A DNA stretch of 33,697 nt from a virus (Duplodnaviria; Caudoviricetes), in IMG/VR virus record IMGVR_UViG_3300030109_001481, positions 1 to 33,697 of that record; one strand, 5' to 3'. Shown in pieces: positions 26,355 to 33,697 of this stretch. A program made the translations under genes and the position numbers. The notes under the pieces were generated by a model. It did not search any database. It was not told the origin of the DNA and was given only the letters and a program-made list of their open reading frames with translations. Position 1 is the first letter of the stretch. Each line of letters begins with the position of its first letter.

Positions 26355-27537
26355 TACTACTAGAAGAGCAATACTAAATGACTCTGCTCGATTTAAAGTT
26401 ATTGTTGCTGGTCGTAGATGGGGGAAAACTATATTGAGTCTTATGTATTTATTAAAAGACGAATTTAAACCTAATGAAAGAAGGTGGTTCATTACACCTA
26501 CTTATCGCCAGGGGAAGATGATTGTGTTTCCTGTATTGCGGCAAATGTTTTCAGGGTTTAATAATGCTAAATTAAATGAATCTGAAATGAGTGTAATCTT
26601 TGATAATGGTGCTGAATTAGCTGTTAAGGGTGCAGATAATGAAAACAACCTTAGAGGTGTGGAACTTACAAAATGTGTTATGGATGAAATGGCATATATT
26701 AAGCCTCATGTATGGGAAGAAATCGTAATGCCTATGTTAGCAACTACTCAAGGAGAATGTTTATTTATAGGCACACCAAGTGGATACGACATGATGTATG
26801 AACTATACAGCAAAGGACAGTCAGAAAAAAGCTGGAAGTCATGGCAGTTTACCACTTTAGAAGGTGGTTTTGTTCCTAAAGAAGAAATAGAACTGGCTAA
26901 AAGAACAATGGATGAGGTTGTATTCAAACAAGAATTTGAAGGTTCATTTGAAACGACAGGTAATAGAGCTGCATACAATTTTGATAGAGAAACACATTGT
27001 GTTCAGACTAATGAGTTATCTAATAAACTTTGGTGGGGAGTAGATTTTAACGTAGACTTTATGACGGCGACTCTTGCTTGTGAATATACTAATGGTACTA
27101 TTCATTTCTTTGATGAATTAAGATTAAAGAACAGCAATACAGAAGAATTAGCAATAGCAATGAAAAAGATTGCACCAGGTATAGAGGTGTATCCTGACCC
27201 AGCAGGAAAAGCTAGAAGCACAACCAGCAGAAGAAGCGACCACCAGATATTGAGAGACCACGGATTTTTAATTAGGGCAAAGAAGTCACATCCAAGCCAC
27301 ATAGATAGACTAAATGCACTTAATAGGAAGCTAAAAGATGCAGAGGGTAACATAGGTATGACTATTGACCCCAGTTGTATTTATTTAATAAAGGACTTGG
27401 AACAATGCCAAAGAGATAGAAGAGGTGGTTTAGATAAAAGCCAGATAGAACTTACTCATGCTCTTGATGCTTGTTCTTATGCAATAAGCCATAAATTTCC
27501 AATCCGTAAAATGATTGGTTCAACTGTGAGCTGGTAA
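26335..27537 (+). CDS. terL: Terminase large subunit
   Basis: Walker A 'AGRRWGKT', Walker B 'CVMDE', 'IGTP', nuclease 'GVDFN' and 'HALDA'. Confidence 0.96.
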   Translation: MIQWTVNTTRRAILNDSARFKVIVAGRRWGKTILSLMYLLKDEFKPNERRWFITPTYRQGKMIVFPVLRQMFSGFNNAKLNESEMSVIFDNGAELAVKGADNENNLRGVELTKCVMDEMAYIKPHVWEEIVMPMLATTQGECLFIGTPSGYDMMYELYSKGQSEKSWKSWQFTTLEGGFVPKEEIELAKRTMDEVVFKQEFEGSFETTGNRAAYNFDRETHCVQTNELSNKLWWGVDFNVDFMTATLACEYTNGTIHFFDELRLKNSNTEELAIAMKKIAPGIEVYPDPAGKARSTTSRRSDHQILRDHGFLIRAKKSHPSHIDRLNALNRKLKDAEGNIGMTIDPSCIYLIKDLEQCQRDRRGGLDKSQIELTHALDACSYAISHKFPIRKMIGSTVSW

Positions 27538-27659
27538 TGCCTAACAAGTCAGCAAAAGATAATAAAAGAAAAAGATTAAGGAAGAACATGGAGCTAAAGC
27601 GTTCAGGGAGAACAGCAAAACAAGTTAAGAAAAACAAGAGGAAGGCAAGAAATGTATAA
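27537..27659 (+). CDS. Very basic 40-aa peptide between terL and portal (not in ORF track)
   Basis: TAATG coupling; MPNKSAKDNKRKRLRKNMELKRSGRTAKQVKKNKRKARNV. Confidence 0.6.
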   Translation: MPNKSAKDNKRKRLRKNMELKRSGRTAKQVKKNKRKARNV

Positions 27660-29004
27660 CTTTGGTAAGTCTGTTAATAGAGTAATAATCCCTGAAATGT
27701 CTGAAGCTATTGTGTTGAATAGTGTTAAAGATGCTTACAAGGGGTATTTAGAAAAAGAAGATGCAAGTGTTATGGAGTCATTAGATTTTTATTACAATCA
27801 AAACTTGGACAATCATTTGCAACAATGGTTTGCATCAGATAGCCTAAGTCAAGTTCCTCCATTCATTCAATCATGTGTTCCTAGATTTGCAAAGGCTAGA
27901 ATGATGCTATATAAAGAACCACCACAAAGATTTGTAGGTGGTGAAATAAATGAAGATTATGATGTATTAGCTTATAAATTAAATTCAAAGACCAGGGAGT
28001 TTGCTGAATTAACCTGGTTGCTTGGTTGCTGTTGGTTTAAATCCCGTTATAATGAGCGTAAAAACAGATTAGAGTATGAAGTGTTGCCTAATGTAAAAGA
28101 GTACTATTTTTACGGTGAATCTGAGCCTTATGGGTATAGCTATGAAATAGAAGGTAGTGCAACAGATAAGAGGTATGTGTTTTGGTCTGAAGATAGAGAT
28201 GGAATACAAGGAATGCACTTTGAGTTTGATGAAAAAGGTAAAAGGTATTCTATTGAATCAAACCCTGACATGATAAACCCTTATGGAATTAACCCTGTAT
28301 CTAGAGCAATGTTTAGCAAAAACTCTTATGATGTAACTAGGGCAGCACTTCACATAGGAATTGCAATGACTGAAATAGCATTAAGCACAAGGTTTAGATT
28401 AGGTCAGCCAGTATTTACAGGAGTAGAAGAAGGGCAAAGCCAATTAAAATCAGGGGTTGATAAGGCTCTTATATTGCCAGAAGGTGCATCCTTTAGCTAT
28501 GCTTCCCCAGGTGGCAGCCTTACTGAAATGATTGATGCAGTAAAAGCAATGGCAAACCAAACAGCAGAAAATAATCAATTAAGAATAAGGTGGGGTGAAT
28601 CGGGTGGAAATGCACCAAGTGGTGAGGCATTAAGAATACTAGAAATTGAAAACCTTGAAGCAAGAAAAAGTGATGAATCATTGTTTAGAGAGTGGGAACA
28701 CAGTAGATATATAATAGACCAAAGGATATTAGAAGTTCATAATGTTATTAATTTATCTGAGGATTATGCAGTTGATTTTGGTGAAGTGTCTTACCCTATG
28801 TCACCACAAGAAGAAAGAGCCTGGCTTGATTGGAAAATGTCAAATGGGATAATGTCTAGAAAAGATTTATTATTATACTTTAACCCTGATATGACAGAAG
28901 AAGAACTACAAAGCAAATTGACAGAGGTCAGGGAAGAGGTAAGAACTGAGGCAGAAGAAACCCAACCAACCTCTACATTCCAAAGAATAATAAATGCCTC
29001 CTAG
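27652..29004 (+). CDS. Portal protein (SPP1 gp6-like)
   Basis: 450 aa after TerL; 'SGEAL' motif. Confidence 0.85.
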   Translation: MYNFGKSVNRVIIPEMSEAIVLNSVKDAYKGYLEKEDASVMESLDFYYNQNLDNHLQQWFASDSLSQVPPFIQSCVPRFAKARMMLYKEPPQRFVGGEINEDYDVLAYKLNSKTREFAELTWLLGCCWFKSRYNERKNRLEYEVLPNVKEYYFYGESEPYGYSYEIEGSATDKRYVFWSEDRDGIQGMHFEFDEKGKRYSIESNPDMINPYGINPVSRAMFSKNSYDVTRAALHIGIAMTEIALSTRFRLGQPVFTGVEEGQSQLKSGVDKALILPEGASFSYASPGGSLTEMIDAVKAMANQTAENNQLRIRWGESGGNAPSGEALRILEIENLEARKSDESLFREWEHSRYIIDQRILEVHNVINLSEDYAVDFGEVSYPMSPQEERAWLDWKMSNGIMSRKDLLLYFNPDMTEEELQSKLTEVREEVRTEAEETQPTSTFQRIINAS

Positions 29005-29689
29005 TATTAAACCAGCCATTGAAACTTTTATGGCTGACATTGCTTTAATGGATAAAAGGTTTAATTCTAATTTGTCAAAGCTAACTAAGCGATTACAAGG
29101 AATGCCAGATACAGAATTAATTAGAACTATGCAAGAGGCTAATTTTTTTCAAGAAATGGTTGATGCTGGTTATGATAATGCACTTGATAAGTTAGATGGG
29201 GAATATGCAAAGGTGCTACAAGAGGCTATTAAAGAAGCAAAAAAAAGGGGTGTTGATGTTTTATCTGGAGCAAGTTTAGAGGGGTTGCAAACCTTACAAG
29301 AAATAGATTATCAAAGGTTAATTGGAATGGGTGAAATACACGCCAACAATTTAAGGAGCCAGTTGTTTTCTGCTATCTATACAGGTGGTACTTATGCTGA
29401 TATTGTTGCTGGGCTAGGTGAAGCTAATTTAGCAACACATCAAATGAATGTAATGGCTTATGACAGTTTAAAAATATTTGATGATACTGCTAGGTATAAA
29501 GTTTTTGAGGGGCAAGATGTAAGATGGACTTATGTTGGTCCAATTGATGATAGAACTAGGGATGCCTGTTTAAATACTGCTGGTAATGAACCCCAGAAAG
29601 GATACACAGAAAAAGAAGTTTTTAATACAGATACCCCTTTTGGAATAAGGGGTGGTTTTAATTGTCGTCACAGTTGGATGGTAAGATGA
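28994..29689 (+). CDS. Head morphogenesis protein (MuF/SPP1 gp7-like)
   Basis: 'YVGPIDDRTRDAC...GGFNCRHSW'. Confidence 0.8.
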   Translation: MPPSIKPAIETFMADIALMDKRFNSNLSKLTKRLQGMPDTELIRTMQEANFFQEMVDAGYDNALDKLDGEYAKVLQEAIKEAKKRGVDVLSGASLEGLQTLQEIDYQRLIGMGEIHANNLRSQLFSAIYTGGTYADIVAGLGEANLATHQMNVMAYDSLKIFDDTARYKVFEGQDVRWTYVGPIDDRTRDACLNTAGNEPQKGYTEKEVFNTDTPFGIRGGFNCRHSWMVR

Positions 29690-30156
29690 AGGCAAAAGAT
29701 ATTGCCAAAATTAAAAAAAAGAAATGGGCTGAACTTGGTGGCAAATTAGTTACAAGGATTGTAGAAGATGCAGATAAAGGTATTAGTCAAGACCCAGGTG
29801 GTAATAAGTTTCCACCCTACTCAAAAAACTATGCTAATTTAAAAAAAGAAGGGAAAGTTGGTGGAAAAGGTGTAAGTAAGAATAGAAAAACAAACCCCCC
29901 TAATCTTAGACTAACTGGTGAAATGTTAAATTCAATTAAGGCACAAAAGCCAACAAACAATAGTGTGGAAATAAATTACAGGTCAGGGCTAAAAGTTTTA
30001 GGTCATTCACAAAAAAGGGGCAAAAAACCTAAAAGGAATATTATTGGATTAAATAACAAGAATTGGGAATTTGCTAAAGATTTTATTGCTGATGAAATAG
30101 ACGATAGGATTATAAAATTCTCTAAAAAGAAAATAATTATAAATGTTAAAGTTTGA
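29686..30156 (+). CDS. Virion morphogenesis/neck protein (basic)
   Basis: 'FPPYS..YA..K...NLRLTGEMLNSI...PKRNIIGL'; likely start 29686 (ATGA overlap). Confidence 0.65.
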   Translation: MKAKDIAKIKKKKWAELGGKLVTRIVEDADKGISQDPGGNKFPPYSKNYANLKKEGKVGGKGVSKNRKTNPPNLRLTGEMLNSIKAQKPTNNSVEINYRSGLKVLGHSQKRGKKPKRNIIGLNNKNWEFAKDFIADEIDDRIIKFSKKKIIINVKV

Positions 30157-30213
30157 TGATTTTAAAAAAGTTTGTTTTATTAGTAAATTTTAATAACAAA
30201 AGAGGTAGACAGA

Positions 30214-30798
30214 ATGTCTGAAGAACAAAATACACAGGAAGTGAAACCCGAACCAAAGGCTTACGTTGAGCAGCCAGTGGTCGAAAAATCTACATCAACA
30301 GAGATGGCTACTAAAAGCCAGGAGGCTGACATAGAACTCCCTGATTATGGGCAGCTAGTACAGGAAAGTAAAAAGTATAGAAAAAGGGCGCAAGATATAG
30401 AAGCTAAATATGAAAAGTTGAATAAAAAACTAGAAGTAGATAGACAAAAACAAATGGAAGAGCAAAATCAGTGGCAACAACTGGCTGAAGAAAGACAGGT
30501 TAAGTTGGCTGAGATAGAACCTATTGTAGATGCTTTTAGAAAAGATGAAGCTGAAAGGCGTGAGAAGATTCTTGCTGATTTTACAGAGAGTGATAGAGAG
30601 GAATTTGGTAGTTTATCACTGCCACAATTACAAACTCTGCATTCTAAATTAATTAATAATAAACAAAGCGTACCAGGTACAAGTGGAACACCAGCAAGAG
30701 CAGTTAATCCAAGTAACAAAGACTGGACAAAGATGAAGAAAGAGGAAAGACAAGCTAATTGGGGTGACATTGTAAGGGGCTATGCTTTGAATAAATAA
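30214..30798 (+). CDS. Capsid scaffolding protein
   Basis: Acidic coiled coil 'ESKKYRKRAQ', immediately before the major capsid gene. Confidence 0.75.
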   Translation: MSEEQNTQEVKPEPKAYVEQPVVEKSTSTEMATKSQEADIELPDYGQLVQESKKYRKRAQDIEAKYEKLNKKLEVDRQKQMEEQNQWQQLAEERQVKLAEIEPIVDAFRKDEAERREKILADFTESDREEFGSLSLPQLQTLHSKLINNKQSVPGTSGTPARAVNPSNKDWTKMKKEERQANWGDIVRGYALNK

Positions 30799-30809
30799 GG
30801 AGTCTTAAA

Positions 30810-31694
30810 ATGGCTGATTATCATGGTTTTTCGGGTGATGTAACCCAAAAATCTGACATAGACGTCTTTGTGCCTGAACTCTGGGCTGATGGTGTCTATA
30901 GATATTTTGAAAAACAATTAGTGCTTAAACCTTTCTTTGATGATTACTCAAGTTTGGTTCAGGGGCGAGGTGATGTATTACACATCCCTACAGTGCAAGA
31001 AGTAGCAAGTGCTACAAAGGCTGCGAATGATTCAGTAGATTATACTGCTAATGTTGAAACAGATATAGACCTTGCAATAGATCAACACAAATATGCCGCA
31101 AAATTATTCGAAGATATTGCGATGGTTCAATCAAATGAACAGCTCTTTGATAAGTATGCTCAAAGTATGGCGTATGCTCTTGCAAAGGCTGTAGACACAA
31201 AAATAGAAGCATTGTTGCAGACATTAGGAACAACTCAAACATTAGCAGCCGATAATAGTATGTCAAATGCTGATGTAGAAACAGCTCTTGGAACTTTAAT
31301 GGCGAATGATATTCCAGCTGATGAATGTGCATTCTTTGTGAATCCACTTATCTATGCTGACTTAATGAACTCTAAAGCATTTGTCACAAATAATTCAGGT
31401 GCTGGAGTTGGTTTTGGTAATGACCACCCTGTTATGCAAACTGGTCAAGTTGGAAATCTTTTTGGTATTCCAGTTATGACAAGCTCTTTGATCCCTACTA
31501 CTACAAGTACAGGAATTGAAGCTGCTTACCTGGTGCATAAATCCGCAATAGCGGTAGCAGTTCAACAAGATATTCGTGTCCAGTCAGATTATGACGTGTC
31601 ATATCTTGGCACGAAGGTTGTTGCTGACATTATCTACGGAGCAGTGATTACCACTTCAAACCATGTTAAAGGAATTGAGTTTCTTAATCCTTAA
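30810..31694 (+). CDS. Major capsid protein (HK97 fold)
   Basis: 'FVPELWA...GDVLHIP...IDQHKY...AYALAKAVD...G.VGNLFGIPV..S...ADIIYG'; strong SD; followed by a terminator. Confidence 0.92.
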   Translation: MADYHGFSGDVTQKSDIDVFVPELWADGVYRYFEKQLVLKPFFDDYSSLVQGRGDVLHIPTVQEVASATKAANDSVDYTANVETDIDLAIDQHKYAAKLFEDIAMVQSNEQLFDKYAQSMAYALAKAVDTKIEALLQTLGTTQTLAADNSMSNADVETALGTLMANDIPADECAFFVNPLIYADLMNSKAFVTNNSGAGVGFGNDHPVMQTGQVGNLFGIPVMTSSLIPTTTSTGIEAAYLVHKSAIAVAVQQDIRVQSDYDVSYLGTKVVADIIYGAVITTSNHVKGIEFLNP

Positions 31695-31714
31695 ACCTTG
31701 AAGATACAAATTTT

Positions 31715-31742
31715 GGGGGTGGTTAATTCTGCCCCCTTAATT
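31715..31742 (+). terminator. Terminator-like hairpin after the capsid gene
   Basis: GGGGGTGG-TTAATT-CTGCCCCC followed by TTAATT. Confidence 0.6.
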
Positions 31743-31755
31743 AAAAAGGAAAATT

Positions 31756-31926
31756 ATGATAATATTAAAGAAAGATAATCATTATGAACACACTATGGAT
31801 GGCGATAAAGCCTCAAAAATGGTGCAAGATGGCTATGAAGTAGTTAAAGGCAAGGGTTTACTAACCCAACCAAAAAAAGAATCAAAACCAAAGAAAAAGA
31901 GTTCAATGAAATCTAAGAAAAAATAG
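31756..31926 (+). CDS. Small protein with Lys-rich tail (56 aa, not in ORF track)
   Basis: AAGGA SD; MIILKKDNHYEH...PKKKSSMKSKKK. Confidence 0.65.
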   Translation: MIILKKDNHYEHTMDGDKASKMVQDGYEVVKGKGLLTQPKKESKPKKKSSMKSKKK

Positions 31927-31981
31927 ATTTATATAGGCTCGTTCATGGTTTACCATTAACCTTAGAGAGATAGGAGAATCA

Positions 31982-32551
31982 ATGGCAACTAAATTTCACA
32001 CTTATTCAACTCAAGAAGCTACAAACATTATTGCAAGAAGGGCAGCAGTCAGGGTTACTCCCACAATTACTGGGGTACAATATGCAAATAATGATGTATT
32101 ATTCACCACAACTGAAATTCCAAATGCAGTTGCATATAATGGTGGGGCTTCAGAATTAAAAAACATTACAATCAATTCTAAATCTGCTAGTTTATTTGAC
32201 TGCATATTATGGTTTTTTCAGGCTAACCAAAGTGCAGGAACAGTGAATGGTGCTTGGAATATGAGTGATAGTGACTTTGCAAGTGCTAAGAACCTGGGAT
32301 GTATATACATAGACGGAGACAACTTACAGCAAAACCCAGGTGGCGGAAGAGTCTATACAATTATGCAGGGATATAAAGCATTCCCAAGTGCTACAAAAAC
32401 AAACCCTCAACTTCCATTAATACTTCAAGCTGAAGATGATTCAACTTCTGTTTATATGGCAGCAAAAATACAGAGTGAAGATGACCCAGGAAATACAACT
32501 CCCTCATTTAGTGTTGGGGATATAGAGATTGTTCTTGGGATTAATTACTAG
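31982..32551 (+). CDS. Putative virion structural protein (beta-rich)
   Basis: AGGAG SD; lies between the capsid and fibre genes. Confidence 0.55.
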   Translation: MATKFHTYSTQEATNIIARRAAVRVTPTITGVQYANNDVLFTTTEIPNAVAYNGGASELKNITINSKSASLFDCILWFFQANQSAGTVNGAWNMSDSDFASAKNLGCIYIDGDNLQQNPGGGRVYTIMQGYKAFPSATKTNPQLPLILQAEDDSTSVYMAAKIQSEDDPGNTTPSFSVGDIEIVLGINY

Positions 32552-32559
32552 GAGATATT

Positions 32560-32904
32560 ATGGCAAAATTACATAAGAGGTCAGTACAAGAATCTTTAAA
32601 TGCAACAGTCGGTGGTGAATGGACAGTTAATTCAGCAGGAACAGCAGGATCAAGTGCTGATGTAACAAATACAACTCATTTAGCTTTAGCAACTATGACA
32701 TCCACATTAGGGGTTTATAGTGCAGTAGAAATCTATTTTAATTTCACTATAACAACAACAGATGTCACAGCAGCAAATGATTTAGTGATACCAAAAAACA
32801 CATTAACATTCTTAACTGTTCCAAGAGGGTTAGGCAATACTGTTTATTTCAATTATAACTCTACCAGTACAACAACTGGTGCAGTTAAAACTGTGGAGAT
32901 ATAA
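32560..32904 (+). CDS. Putative virion structural protein (Thr-rich)
   Basis: AGGAG SD; N-terminus 'MAKLHKRSVQES.N' resembles 'MATKFHTYSTQEA.N' of the upstream gene. Confidence 0.55.
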   Translation: MAKLHKRSVQESLNATVGGEWTVNSAGTAGSSADVTNTTHLALATMTSTLGVYSAVEIYFNFTITTTDVTAANDLVIPKNTLTFLTVPRGLGNTVYFNYNSTSTTTGAVKTVEI

Positions 32905-33697
32905 TGCAAAGTTCAATGTTAAAAGCAATAATTGAGGACTTTGGTAATGGTGGCACAATAGACGGCGACCTGGTAATTACTGGAGACCTTCAGGTCGATG
33001 GTGGTGGTTCTTTATCGTTTGATGAAATCATAGAGGGTACACAAGTAATAGATGTTACTAGCACAGAAGCCTTATTAGTCCGTAAAAACGGTGACGGTGG
33101 AGATGTTCTGACTATAGACACTACTAATGCAAGGATGCTATTCGGTGGTGAAATTAGGCTTTATGATAAAGATAGTGATGGAACATTTGGTGGTCGGATT
33201 AGGTACGATAATTCAGATAACGAATTACGAATAGAGGCAAATGAAGTATCTGGCGATGATATAATTATTAAGGCTAATGATGCAATATCGTTGGAAGATT
33301 CTTCTAATTACCTTTTATATCTTGATGGTGGCAATGCTGGAATAAACACTTCTGCCTTTTCAATATACGACAATATTGGAACTGGTAATACTGGTAATCA
33401 ATTACTCATTTCGTCTGCCGCTGGTGGTGACCCAGCAACAATTCAAATTGCAAAACACTCTGGAAGTGATAACATGGGTAATGAAACGATTGGAAAACTT
33501 AGTTTCCTTGCTTATCCGGCAACAACTGCTGTTGCAACTGCTGAAATTGTAGCATCTACTCCATCTGGTGATACTGATGCCTCAGAAGGTGTTTTAGATT
33601 TTTATACAAATACTGGTAGCACCTCTACCAAACGAATGACGATTGATAATTCTGGAAATGTCGCAATTGCTCCAGATACAGATGTTAGCGCAGAGAT
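32904..33697 (+). CDS. Fibre protein, N-terminal part (runs off the right edge; not in ORF track)
   Basis: TAATG-coupled ATG at 32904; open to the end: MQSSMLKAIIEDFGNGGTIDGDLVITGDL...KRMTIDNSGNVAIAPDTDVSAE; same module type as 1-3789. Confidence 0.85.
   Translation, partial: MQSSMLKAIIEDFGNGGTIDGDLVITGDLQVDGGGSLSFDEIIEGTQVIDVTSTEALLVRKNGDGGDVLTIDTTNARMLFGGEIRLYDKDSDGTFGGRIRYDNSDNELRIEANEVSGDDIIIKANDAISLEDSSNYLLYLDGGNAGINTSAFSIYDNIGTGNTGNQLLISSAAGGDPATIQIAKHSGSDNMGNETIGKLSFLAYPATTAVATAEIVASTPSGDTDASEGVLDFYTNTGSTSTKRMTIDNSGNVAIAPDTDVSAE

Noticed and set aside
273-32205. Minus-strand ORFs in the six-frame track
   Set aside because: All lie antisense to well-supported + strand genes, lack recognisable motifs, and look like shadow ORFs.
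1-33697. Stop-codon reassignment
   Set aside because: Genes tile densely in the standard code, and TAA, TGA and TAG all serve as stops.

Overview
The window is a near-complete, circularly permuted genome of an AT-rich tailed phage (siphovirus-like, probably marine), with essentially all genes on the + strand. Order: C-terminal part of a long fibre gene with an S74 chaperone (1-3789), lysis-type and small genes, a Zn-ribbon metallophosphoesterase, a neck/tail module (adaptor, terminator, major tail protein, -1 frameshifted tail chaperones, tape measure, tail tip), an early/replication region (small ORFs, HTH, SSB-like, NinG/HNH, replication initiator), a DNA hypermodification cassette, a DenV-like glycosylase, then terminase, portal, MuF, scaffold, major capsid, and the N-terminal part of the fibre gene running off the right end. 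The most notable system is a translationally coupled operon (21618-24160): small accessory protein, TET/JBP-family 2OG-Fe(II) dioxygenase, TET-associated (GREB1/JGT-like) glycosyltransferase and a GT32-like DxD glycosyltransferase. I recognise no cytosine methyltransferase in the window, which suggests thymine-directed (base-J-like) or host-methylation-dependent glycosylation of DNA, possibly with two sugars. Also notable: three identically spaced early promoters (two leading to paralogous genes), identical 23-bp gene-junction repeats, and a candidate structured RNA. All calls come from motif recognition by eye; no searches were run.
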